In this document: positions 10,643-19,636 of the stretch, piece after piece
Numbering within the stretch: the stretch's first letter is position 1
Layout of the letters: every line of letters starts with the position of its first letter
From: a virus
Virus record (IMG/VR): IMGVR_UViG_3300032331_000527
Span: 75,059 to 139,058 of that record
Strand: one strand, 5' to 3'
Length of the DNA: 64,000 bases
The notes under the pieces: model-generated
Told to the model about the DNA's origin: nothing
Databases searched by the model: none
The model's input: the letters and a program-made list of their open reading frames with translations, nothing else
Made by a program: the position numbers and the translations under genes

Positions 10643-11028
10643 TATGCAACACTCGATCCTGGAGCATTAGAACCAGCTTCTTCTTTCTGCTGAATGTGTG
10701 GGAGAACACCAAATACGATAGGCACTTGTCCTCCGTCTCCATCCATGAAAAATCCAACGACTTTGCTTTGCTCAACGATTCCTGTTGGACTAGAACCAAC
10801 TCCACTAATTCCGCCAGAAGTTGTGGGCATCAATGTGTAGCACCATGGCAGATCTTTCGTTGGAAGATCACTCTTATTATCCGTGTGCTTACCTTTAATG
10901 CGTACCTTCATTCTTCCGATACATAAATTATCAGGTTCTCCTGAAAATTGACCTGTTCCACGATCTTCGACAACACCGACCCACCACTTTAGGCCTTCTT
11001 GTCCCATTACTGTGCCTTCTTCAGCCAT
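10642..11028 (-). CDS. gp5: gp5 N-terminal OB-fold domain as a stand-alone gene
   Basis: WWVGVVEDR...GRMKVRIKGKH...LPTKDLPW...VVGFFMDGDGGQVPIVFG. Confidence 0.88.
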   Translation of the reverse strand: MAEEGTVMGQEGLKWWVGVVEDRGTGQFSGEPDNLCIGRMKVRIKGKHTDNKSDLPTKDLPWCYTLMPTTSGGISGVGSSPTGIVEQSKVVGFFMDGDGGQVPIVFGVLPHIQQKEEAGSNAPGSSVA

Positions 11029-12284
11029 TACTTAGCAACTCCCGAATTACCTGATGATGAAGATTTATTTTTTGAATCGCTCTTGCATTCCATAATAACC
11101 TCGTATTTCAAATCCTTATCGTCTTTATAAATCACGTGTCTCACCTGTGTCACGAGATACGTACCAGAACGCTTATCTAACTCTCTTCCTTCACTGTTAC
11201 CAGGAATATTGAGTTTCACTTTAGATCCTGGTTTGTAGCTTGTGTTTCCAGGAACACGAATAGTCATTATCATATTATCTAGCTGATTTGCAGCAGAGCT
11301 TTGAGCAGCATGCTCCGCTATGTTTCTTTTATTTTCAGAAATTTTTGGATCGCGTGAGTCTCTGAATTTGCTCTTGGCTTGACCTGGAGCAACAACGAAA
11401 TTGAAACGCTCTCCGATAGCTGATTTGCTATCTTTCGTTATCTTATCCGAACCAGTGTGAGTAGTATCGCCTGCTCCATCACGTTTACCTTTAGGAGGAG
11501 AGTCGATCTTACCTACTGTTGGATCGTAATAATACCAGTGATCAGATTCTGCTCCGTTGTAAGAAGCTTCCATTTTATCAAAATCTTTCTTCTGATCGAA
11601 CGCTATAATTTTCTTAGAGTCATCTGCTCCGCCAGCATCACCAATATTCTGCGAAGAATAACTGAGTTCGACAGGAGAGCCCCCCGCGGCTAACATAGCA
11701 TCTAGCGTCTTGAAATAATATCCTTCGCGATCTTGATAGTAGACATAGTTCGATGCTTTAGCCTTCGCAGATTTCGCTTCTTTAGCTCCCCAACGAATAG
11801 CTGATATCGGACCTTTGCCTGTTCCGTGATATGCAGCATTTCCTTCAGTTTCTTCGTTGTCAACAAGACTCTTTTTTAGAGTAGTTGATTCTTTAGTATA
11901 TTCTTCGTGCCAGTCTTTAACCATATCAGAGATCTTTTTATCTTTGTATGCTTTACTGACTGCTTTCTTATTGTTATCTGCGAACTCAGACGAAGCGCAA
12001 GTCATGAGGAACATATCTTGGTTTTCTTTCACGCGAACGCGATCGCCAACAATAAGAGATTTCATTTTAACATTGATACCACTCCCATTAGCACGATCAC
12101 CGAATGAGATTTCTACGTCGTCGCCAACCTTCATCTCCGTACCACTCGCGTCGTTGAGAGTAATATTCGCAGAAATCGTAGGAGAATTGATACTCTCAAA
12201 ATATTCTAGCATGTAGAAGATACCTTTGATATCAGTTCCACCTACTGTTAATTTTGAGATATTACCGCCGCCGGTATCACTCAT
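11028..12284 (-). CDS. Tail/baseplate hub protein (gp27-like)
   Basis: YFESINSPTISANITLND N-terminus and VPGN...SGTYLVTQVRH C-terminus. Sits between gp53 and gp5. Confidence 0.7.
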   Translation of the reverse strand: MSDTGGGNISKLTVGGTDIKGIFYMLEYFESINSPTISANITLNDASGTEMKVGDDVEISFGDRANGSGINVKMKSLIVGDRVRVKENQDMFLMTCASSEFADNNKKAVSKAYKDKKISDMVKDWHEEYTKESTTLKKSLVDNEETEGNAAYHGTGKGPISAIRWGAKEAKSAKAKASNYVYYQDREGYYFKTLDAMLAAGGSPVELSYSSQNIGDAGGADDSKKIIAFDQKKDFDKMEASYNGAESDHWYYYDPTVGKIDSPPKGKRDGAGDTTHTGSDKITKDSKSAIGERFNFVVAPGQAKSKFRDSRDPKISENKRNIAEHAAQSSAANQLDNMIMTIRVPGNTSYKPGSKVKLNIPGNSEGRELDKRSGTYLVTQVRHVIYKDDKDLKYEVIMECKSDSKNKSSSSGNSGVAK

Positions 12285-12874
12285 CGAACGTATTCACCTT
12301 CGTTGAAAATATATGGATGTTGATCTTTAATGAGTGCTAGATAATTCAAATCTAGAAGATATATATGACGACGATTTTCGTTAAGATTCATTTCGTAGTC
12401 ATATACAGAAATCGTTTTTCTTTCAGGATATGTGAGAGACGCCCAAGTAGTGTAATCAATCACAAGGGTTTTTTCGGGAAGCAACTGTCTTCCTGCAGTA
12501 GTCTGAACTTCTTGTGCGGCTTGAATTATCTTTTCGTAATGATGAGTCGTTTTCATCGCTTCGGAAACGCTGCCATATTTCTGCTTGATATAATTTTGAA
12601 ATTCTGTGTATCCTAATACCCAATCAAAATACGGATCTTGAATTTCATTCGTAAGAAGAATAAGCCAATCCATAGTTTCGTCGCCGTAATAATCATACGC
12701 AACAGTATCAGGACGCTCTCCGTCTTGAACATAGTATTCGTCGAAAGTCACGTTTGCGTTGAAAAGAAAATTCGCAATAGAAAATCTGCGTGTTATGTCA
12801 GTGACATTAACAACTTCATTTCTACCAGGAGTACGATACGAAACAGTAGGATAAGGTCTGAAAAATAATGCCAT
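12281..12874 (-). CDS. gp53: Baseplate wedge subunit gp53
   Basis: YYVQDGERPDTVAYDYYGD..WLILLTNEIQDPYFDW...YIKQKYGS. Confidence 0.93.
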   Translation of the reverse strand: MALFFRPYPTVSYRTPGRNEVVNVTDITRRFSIANFLFNANVTFDEYYVQDGERPDTVAYDYYGDETMDWLILLTNEIQDPYFDWVLGYTEFQNYIKQKYGSVSEAMKTTHHYEKIIQAAQEVQTTAGRQLLPEKTLVIDYTTWASLTYPERKTISVYDYEMNLNENRRHIYLLDLNYLALIKDQHPYIFNEGEYVR

Positions 12875-12876
12875 GA

Positions 12877-13911
12877 TTATCTTCCTGTGCCAGGTGGTTG
12901 TGTAGGTCTAACTGCTACAGCTGCTTGATCCGGAACATTAATTTTAATATTTCTTTGGAACGTCGCAGGCCCTGCATCAGATCCCATAGGTTTAGGGTTA
13001 AGACTATTCTTCGTGATGATTTCTGTTTCCATCATAGTAAATGAGAATTCTACTTCTGCTGGAGCAGGCGTATCAGAAGGATTGTCTGTGCTATTATAAG
13101 CAGCATATCCTTGTGGATGATAGTTCACGCGAACGTCTTTACACACAGAAGGTTGAAATTCAAAAAGATAATCAGGATGTTTAAACTTTATATCAAAAAA
13201 CTCAGGATACTTAAAGAACATTCCACCAGCAATATATTCAGGATGTGAATAGTATGTGAACATATCAATAATAGCTTTGATTGCGTCCGATTCTCTACGA
13301 TTTCTAGGTGAGAAACGCCAGCTGAATTGATGCTCGCGGAAATTAACACCAGTGAACAAAACGATCTTGTGTGGATTTTGAGCAAGCCCAGCAGCAACTT
13401 TTAATGCAGCGGCTGCGGTTGGGCCTGTTGTGTCTAGCGTAACACCCGCTGACTTAGCAGCCGCTCCAATAGCTGCTGCTCCAAGTCCTGCCATAGCCGC
13501 TCCAGCTTCAGCTGATTTAGGAATATCAGTATTTCCGTACATAGCTCTATCAAATGGTTTTAGAACACCACCTGCCGCTGTTCCTAGAGATTCTGAAGTA
13601 TAGTCTGGATGATAATTCGTAGAAAGATTAGATGGCATAGGTAGATATATAGAGCCACTATCAACTTGCTGTCCGATACTTGCACCTACACCATTAGTTG
13701 AATGTGCTGTGAACTGAATCCAATGCCCTAGTTGTCCAAGATCTAATGGAAATCTCATCGTAGCACCTTTAAATGGATCAGGAGCTATGTTTGTTCCTAC
13801 CAAAGAAGCTAACGCAAGTCCACCAAACGCAGCAGCTGAGCCACCGAGAATCAATGCTTTGCTTCCGGCTGTTAGTCTACGAGTTGCTAATAGTGCTGCT
13901 CCGCCTGCCAT
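12877..13911 (-). CDS. gp48: Baseplate tail-tube cap gp48
   Basis: IYLPMP...NPHKIVLFTGVNFREHQFSWRFSPRNRRES...YPEFFDIKF. Confidence 0.88.
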   Translation of the reverse strand: MAGGAALLATRRLTAGSKALILGGSAAAFGGLALASLVGTNIAPDPFKGATMRFPLDLGQLGHWIQFTAHSTNGVGASIGQQVDSGSIYLPMPSNLSTNYHPDYTSESLGTAAGGVLKPFDRAMYGNTDIPKSAEAGAAMAGLGAAAIGAAAKSAGVTLDTTGPTAAAALKVAAGLAQNPHKIVLFTGVNFREHQFSWRFSPRNRRESDAIKAIIDMFTYYSHPEYIAGGMFFKYPEFFDIKFKHPDYLFEFQPSVCKDVRVNYHPQGYAAYNSTDNPSDTPAPAEVEFSFTMMETEIITKNSLNPKPMGSDAGPATFQRNIKINVPDQAAVAVRPTQPPGTGR

Positions 13912-13938
13912 ATTTGGTATTCCTTTCGTTCTTCCATC

Positions 13939-13946
13939 TATTTATA
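13939..13946 (-). promoter_or_regulatory. T4-type late promoter (TATAAATA) for the gp48-gp5 operon
   Basis: Exact TATAAATA about 28 nt upstream of the gp48 ATG. Confidence 0.75.
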
Positions 13947-13961
13947 TCATACATAGTGGGC

Positions 13962-14408
13962 ATGGCTACTTACAAAGGTCGATTCCAACCAAAGAACCCC
14001 CAGAAATATAAAGGAGATCCTACTAAGATCGTTTACAGATCATCGTGGGAACTTCGTTTCATGGCGTATCTTGACACTAACTCCAACATCATTCAATGGG
14101 CTTCTGAAGAGTTGTTCATTCCATATAAGTCACCCATAGATGGGAAGTGGCATCGTTATTTCCCAGATTTCATCATACGCATGCGTGACAAAGACGGCAA
14201 CGTAGTCGTCAAGATGATTGAAATCAAACCTAGAGCGCAGTCGATTCCTCCTACTCCAAAAGGAAATGGTTCTAAACCAACGAAGAAGTATCTTCGCGAA
14301 GTCGCAACTTTTGGAATAAATAGTGCTAAGTGGCACGCTGCTAAGGATTATTGTGATGATCGTAAGTGGCAGTTCGTTGTGTTGACGGAAAAGGAACTCG
14401 GACTTTAA
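13962..14408 (+). CDS. gp4: Head completion nuclease gp4
   Basis: MATYKGRFQPKNPQKYKGDPTKIVYRSSWE...HRYFPDF...EIKP. Start moved to the ATG at 13962. Confidence 0.93.
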   Translation: MATYKGRFQPKNPQKYKGDPTKIVYRSSWELRFMAYLDTNSNIIQWASEELFIPYKSPIDGKWHRYFPDFIIRMRDKDGNVVVKMIEIKPRAQSIPPTPKGNGSKPTKKYLREVATFGINSAKWHAAKDYCDDRKWQFVVLTEKELGL

Positions 14409-15019
14409 TGGTCGCATATATCTTCGACGGTATTCTGAATCGCGCAGCGAAAGCTGGTATCTCGCCTTCTACTAAGAGAGATGCTCGTGCATGGTTCCGC
14501 AAACAAGCGCAATCTGTAACTGCGAATCCTACACGCATGATCCGTAGCAACGCTCAGCGATTGACGGATAATCCTATGATTGGTCGTATGTATCTTTTTA
14601 ACTATGATCCGAAGTATAAAGGAAAGCTCCCATATTATGACAAGTTTCCGCTCGTTATTCCTATCGGCTCTGGGCGCACTTCTGGATTTGCTAGTAGTGG
14701 AGGATCCTTTATCGGACTCAACCTACATTATCTACCACCTACGCTCAGAGCAAGATTAATGGATGCGCTGTATGCTACAGCGACTACCACAGAATTGAAC
14801 GAGACTACTCGACTTCGCATCTCATATAATATTCTTCAGCAAGCAACTAAGTATCGTTTCTTCAAACCTTGCATCAAGCGATATCTAACTGCTCAAGTAC
14901 GCAGCAAGTTTTTTTACATAGAGCCTACAGAATGGGAAATGGCTTTGTTTCTACCTCTTGATAGATTTGTAGGCGCCAACAAGTCACGCATTTATCGAGA
15001 TAGTCGAGATAGGATCTAA
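14408..15019 (+). CDS. gp2: DNA end protector gp2
   Basis: GRMYLFNYDPKYKGKLPYYDKFPL...GLNLHYLP...FKPCIKRYL. TAATG overlap with gp4. Confidence 0.92.
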   Translation: MVAYIFDGILNRAAKAGISPSTKRDARAWFRKQAQSVTANPTRMIRSNAQRLTDNPMIGRMYLFNYDPKYKGKLPYYDKFPLVIPIGSGRTSGFASSGGSFIGLNLHYLPPTLRARLMDALYATATTTELNETTRLRISYNILQQATKYRFFKPCIKRYLTAQVRSKFFYIEPTEWEMALFLPLDRFVGANKSRIYRDSRDRI

Positions 15020-15020
15020 T

Positions 15021-15686
15021 ATGGCTGGACCATTTAATATCACAAGTTTCAATGCGGAAATATCAAAGACTGGTATCGCACAGAACTCGTTCTTTATGGC
15101 TATGATTAGCGCGACTCCTACTGGACTTTCCGGTAAATTTGGTTTCACGAATGGATTGTCATTTCGTATCGAATCTGTTAATCTACCTGGAAGAACGCTA
15201 ACGACGCTAGATCAAAACTATCATGGTCCCGTGCGTCGTATTCCGTATCGTTTCACACATCAGCCAATCACGTTTAGCGTAATCCTCTCGCGTGACATGC
15301 GCGAGCGAGAGTTCTTTATGCAATGGCAAGATTACTTCGTTGGACAATCAAGAACTTCTGGTGGAACAGGTTTAGCAGAACGCCCGTTCGATAGTCGCTA
15401 TTACGACACTGGTATTGGTGAAATGGTTATCACGCAGTATTCTTATCCTATTCAATCATCAAGCTCTACAGCTGTGCCATCGCAAGAATATGTTGAGAGT
15501 TACAACATAACATGTCAAGAGGCATATCCATCATCAGTACAAGACATTCAGTTGGGTTGGGGTGAAGAGGGATACGGTAAATTGCAAGTAGAAATGACGT
15601 ATCGTTTTGCAACAGAGAAACACTTGACGTTTGGTGACAATAGACAATTAGCAGCTGAGAAAGCTGTTCAGCAAGCGAATCCATAA
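15021..15686 (+). CDS. gp54: Tail tube initiator gp54-like protein
   Basis: ESVNLPGRTL...YHGPVRRIPY...FFMQWQD...EAYP tube-protein fold. Synteny gp2-gp54-gp26. Confidence 0.75.
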   Translation: MAGPFNITSFNAEISKTGIAQNSFFMAMISATPTGLSGKFGFTNGLSFRIESVNLPGRTLTTLDQNYHGPVRRIPYRFTHQPITFSVILSRDMREREFFMQWQDYFVGQSRTSGGTGLAERPFDSRYYDTGIGEMVITQYSYPIQSSSSTAVPSQEYVESYNITCQEAYPSSVQDIQLGWGEEGYGKLQVEMTYRFATEKHLTFGDNRQLAAEKAVQQANP

Positions 15687-15707
15687 TAATTTAAAATGAG
15701 GTGAATA

Positions 15708-16424
15708 ATGGCATTACCTAAAATATCAGCGCCAAGATTTGGTTTGACACTACCTTCGAATGGAAAACGTATCTCGTTTCGTCCGTTCCTAGTCAAAGAA
15801 GAAAAGATGCTGCTTATGGCGGCACAATCTGAAGATATGCTCGATATGATTGACGCAGTTAAAGACGTTATCTCTTCGTGTCTTATTAATCCAGATGAGA
15901 CTATTGATGTTGAGAAACTACCATACTTTGATTTAGAATACATTTTTCTCAACATTCGAGCTAAGTCAATTGGTGAAGTTGTTAAGCTTGAGTATCGTCA
16001 TACAGGTGGAGTTAACTATCAAGGTATCAAGTGTGAAGCAGTTACGCCTGTTGAAGTTAATCTTGAAACAGTGAACGTAATCAAAGAAGACGATCATATG
16101 AAGACGATCCAGCTGGATGATAATCTTGGGCTTGAATTAAGATATCCAACTGTAACTGATGTTCGTATGGTATCTGAAGGAGCTGATGAAATCGAGATGC
16201 TCGCTAAATGTATCGTGAGCGTTTATGACAGTGATAGCGTTTATGAACCTGATAATCTACAAGACTCGTTGGATTTCATTGAGTCTTTGAACAATGCACA
16301 ATTCACTAAGATTATGCGATTCATTGAGACTATGCCAAAACTGAAACATACATTTACATATAATTGTGTAGGCTGCGGACAAGAGGATACGGTGACGTTG
16401 CAAGGAATGTCCGATTTTTTTTAA
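15708..16424 (+). CDS. gp26: Baseplate hub assembly protein gp26
   Basis: MALPKI...LPS...FRPFLVKEEK.LL.A...FDLEYIFLNIRAKSIGE...CxxC...DFF. Confidence 0.93.
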   Translation: MALPKISAPRFGLTLPSNGKRISFRPFLVKEEKMLLMAAQSEDMLDMIDAVKDVISSCLINPDETIDVEKLPYFDLEYIFLNIRAKSIGEVVKLEYRHTGGVNYQGIKCEAVTPVEVNLETVNVIKEDDHMKTIQLDDNLGLELRYPTVTDVRMVSEGADEIEMLAKCIVSVYDSDSVYEPDNLQDSLDFIESLNNAQFTKIMRFIETMPKLKHTFTYNCVGCGQEDTVTLQGMSDFF

Positions 16425-16603
16425 TGATCCTCTCTCATAATACTCTTGCGAATTACTACCGTACTAATTTTTCATTGATTCAGCATCACAAATACTCGCT
16501 GAGTGACATTGAAGGTATGATTCCGTGGGAGAGGGATATGTACGTTAAGATGCTACTTGATTATCTTGAACAAGTGAAGGACGAACAGGAAAAAAGGCGA
16601 TAG
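16424..16603 (+). CDS. gp51: Baseplate hub assembly catalyst gp51
   Basis: LANYYRTNFSLIQHHKYSLSDIEGMIPWERDMYV. Confidence 0.9.
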   Translation: MILSHNTLANYYRTNFSLIQHHKYSLSDIEGMIPWERDMYVKMLLDYLEQVKDEQEKRR

Positions 16604-19600
16604 ATGGCCAAAGATACTAGAATTGTAGCAGGAAAAATTCAAGACACAATATACTATTACGCGAGTGATGGTACGGTTGTTGATGAAAACGGTAAACCCG
16701 CGCCTGCTAAATTCGCAGTTATGTTTCCTCCTATGCCTGAAAAAGTTCCCGAAGCTGTTGCTGAAACTCAACCAAAGAAGAGACGCAAAGGTCTTAAGAA
16801 CGTAGCCGGTAAGATCAGCAACAGTAAATATTACTACGATCCTACAGGTGCGATTGTTGATGATCAAGGACAACCTGCTCCAGAACGCATTGCAAAGATG
16901 CTTCTGAAGAAAGACGAAACAGCTAATGTTATCAAAGAACATCTAGCAAAAACAGCTAAACCTATTAAGACTGCATCGTCAAAAGAAATCAATCAGCTTC
17001 GAGCTGAAATCAAAAAAATGGTAGGAGCAACTAAAGATGTTGCTGCTGCGCATGATGTTGTGCTGAAAAAAGTTCCAGAGGCTACGAAAGGATATCAGAA
17101 CGTTTTTTCTAATCTAGGAACACAAACACAAATGTTGCTTGATAGTTTAATCAAGCAGAACGAAGCGTTCCAAGAAAAAGTAATAGAAACAATAACAGGC
17201 GTATCTTCTCCTACGCGAGCAGGCGGAGCTGTTCCTTCTTCTCCTAAGAAAAAAGGAGGAAAAGTTAAAGCTAGAACAGCAGAACATAAAGCTCGTATTG
17301 AAGCACGTGCTGCTAATATAGGTAAGATTCGCGCTAAGAAAAATATCGGAACGGCAGCAAAGTATGGTGCCGCTGGTGCAGTCGCAGGAACTGCTGCGGC
17401 AGTAGGCGCTTATGGTGTAATGAAAGCGACAGGTGCTGTTAGTAGCTCAACTCCAGCAGCTCCTAGCGCTCCATCTACTACAGCCACCGGTGCTCCTCCT
17501 AGTTCTACTCCAGCGCAAACACAGTCAGCACCAGTTCAAGCAACAGGGGCACCACAAGCTCCATCTGTTACAGCTACTCCTGCGCCTCCAGCTCCACAAC
17601 CAAATTCTTCAGTAGGATTGGGTGGCGGACCAAGCGGACAAACACCAGAAGATTCTCCTGCAGCTGAAAAGAAAGATCGTGAAGGTGGTGCCGGAGGAAA
17701 CACACCTTCTCCTCCAGGCACTCCAGCAAACGTATCTGGAATGATGCGCCTCACTACTCCTGGTGGTAGACCGTATGAAGTTGCTGCTCCTTATGCTGCT
17801 AACTTCAAAGGATTCGTTGACGAGCTAGAGAACAGTGGATATAAGATTAAGAGTATCGGTGGATATGCTAATCGTAATATCGCAGGAACAGGAAAGAAGA
17901 GCTATCACTCACTAGGCGTTGCGATCGACATTAATCCTGGTTCTAATCCACATCTATTCGACGGCAGATTACAAACAGATATGCCTGCGAGTGTTGGCGC
18001 GATGGCTGCTAAGTATGGATTAGGTTGGGGTGGGAATTGGCGTACATCTAAAGACGCTATGCACTTTTCTATGGCATCAGGTGAAGGTGGATCTGTACCT
18101 GTAGATAGATCAGGTGCTACTCCTCTCCCAGGTGCTCCTGGTGCTCCTACAACTACTCCTCAAGCAGGTTCTCCAGAAGCTTCACGTCCTTCTGCTTCAA
18201 CACCTTCTGCTCCAGGTGCTGCTCCTCGTCCAGTAGATCCAGGTATAGGATCCCCAGAACGTTCTAATGTTCCGTTAGGTTCTTCTAAAGTATCTGAAGG
18301 TGAAGCAGGCGAACAACCAAGAGGTAAAGCTGGATTTAAACAAATCATGGATTCTGCAGCAAAAGCTGGAGATCCATTTCCAGAAGTAGTAGCAGCTCAA
18401 TGGGCTATTGAATCTGGATGGGGTAAACACATGACGGGTAAGAATAACCCGTTTGGTCAAACTGGAGTTGAAGGTAAAGATCCAGGTATAAGAATTCCTA
18501 CCCCAAGGGATCCAGGTGGGGGAAGTAAATTCTTTAGAAGCTTTGAATCTATTGACGAAGCAGTTGCGTTTCGTGTTAAGAAATGGGCACCAAAATACTC
18601 AGGAGCTAAATCTGCTGAAGAAGCAGTTATGATGCTACAGAATTATGGGAGAACTCCTAGATACGCTCAGGGTTATAATAATGACTGGATGTCATATGTG
18701 ACCAGCATATCTGGTGTTATTCGTGGTCAAGGAATAGATCCTAAAGTTGCGAAGGGTCCAGGAGGAGGAACTCCAGGGTCTCCACAACCCACACAAACTG
18801 CTTCTGGTCCCTCTGGTGCACCTGGTTCTCCGCAAGCTGCTCTTCCTTCTGCTCTTCCTGCTCCAGGTACAGCACCAACTAACGCGACACAAGCAGCCGT
18901 AAATGCTAACGCTGCCGCAGGAGGAGATTCGAGTAAACCTGCTAATGTTTCATTCGAATCTAGCAAGGTAGACGTATCCAAAGTCGATCCTGAGTTGATG
19001 AAGAGATTCTATCAAGCAGCTGCTGCATATGGTGGACCTATTAGAATCAACTCTGCTTATCGTGACGATGAATATCAAGCACAGCTATGGGTTCGTGGTA
19101 ATATCCTACATGAGCCAGGAATTCATATTCCAGCGAAGCCTGAGAAGACGATGACGATTAACTATAAAGGTCAGTCGTACACTGTTCCTGGATCAGGAAA
19201 AGGTTCTTCTCATGGAAAAGGACAAGCACTAGACGTAAGTCCTACAACTGCGCTTGATCCATTTCTAGCTAAGTTTGGTTTGGTTCATCCATTTGGTGCT
19301 AATGATCCACCACATATTCAATTGGCTGGAGGAAGTAATTATACTCCTCCCGCGAGCGGGACAGCTGTTGCTGGTGCTCCAGCCGCACCTGGAGTCACTC
19401 CTACGAGCGCAGCATCTGGAGCACAAATTGCTTCTGCTGCTAATCAAAATGCTGTTCAGCAAGCAGCTTCTCCAGGAAGAATAGTACCTATGATAATTAA
19501 CAACACTCAAAGATTCAACAACACGAGAACTGTCACGCAACAAGCAATGTCATCTGGAGAAAGACCATGTGCTGGATTTAATCCTATGACTATGGTTGCA

Positions 19601-19636
19601 GGAGTTGCTCTAGGTAAAGTTCTGAGGTTATTTTAA
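16604..19636 (+). CDS. Virion-associated multidomain peptidoglycan hydrolase (two M15-type peptidases plus a GH73-like glucosaminidase), tape-measure position
   Basis: SYHSLGVAIDIN...WGGNW...DAMHFS; AAQWAIESGWG...NNPFG; INSAYR...SSHGKGQALDV...DPPHIQ. Pro/Ala/Ser linkers. Follows gp51. Confidence 0.8.
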   Translation: MAKDTRIVAGKIQDTIYYYASDGTVVDENGKPAPAKFAVMFPPMPEKVPEAVAETQPKKRRKGLKNVAGKISNSKYYYDPTGAIVDDQGQPAPERIAKMLLKKDETANVIKEHLAKTAKPIKTASSKEINQLRAEIKKMVGATKDVAAAHDVVLKKVPEATKGYQNVFSNLGTQTQMLLDSLIKQNEAFQEKVIETITGVSSPTRAGGAVPSSPKKKGGKVKARTAEHKARIEARAANIGKIRAKKNIGTAAKYGAAGAVAGTAAAVGAYGVMKATGAVSSSTPAAPSAPSTTATGAPPSSTPAQTQSAPVQATGAPQAPSVTATPAPPAPQPNSSVGLGGGPSGQTPEDSPAAEKKDREGGAGGNTPSPPGTPANVSGMMRLTTPGGRPYEVAAPYAANFKGFVDELENSGYKIKSIGGYANRNIAGTGKKSYHSLGVAIDINPGSNPHLFDGRLQTDMPASVGAMAAKYGLGWGGNWRTSKDAMHFSMASGEGGSVPVDRSGATPLPGAPGAPTTTPQAGSPEASRPSASTPSAPGAAPRPVDPGIGSPERSNVPLGSSKVSEGEAGEQPRGKAGFKQIMDSAAKAGDPFPEVVAAQWAIESGWGKHMTGKNNPFGQTGVEGKDPGIRIPTPRDPGGGSKFFRSFESIDEAVAFRVKKWAPKYSGAKSAEEAVMMLQNYGRTPRYAQGYNNDWMSYVTSISGVIRGQGIDPKVAKGPGGGTPGSPQPTQTASGPSGAPGSPQAALPSALPAPGTAPTNATQAAVNANAAAGGDSSKPANVSFESSKVDVSKVDPELMKRFYQAAAAYGGPIRINSAYRDDEYQAQLWVRGNILHEPGIHIPAKPEKTMTINYKGQSYTVPGSGKGSSHGKGQALDVSPTTALDPFLAKFGLVHPFGANDPPHIQLAGGSNYTPPASGTAVAGAPAAPGVTPTSAASGAQIASAANQNAVQQAASPGRIVPMIINNTQRFNNTRTVTQQAMSSGERPCAGFNPMTMVAGVALGKVLRLF

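Noticed and set aside
13773-13961. N-terminal extension of gp4 in the ORF track
   Set aside because: Overlaps divergent gp48, and family similarity begins at MATYKG (13962).
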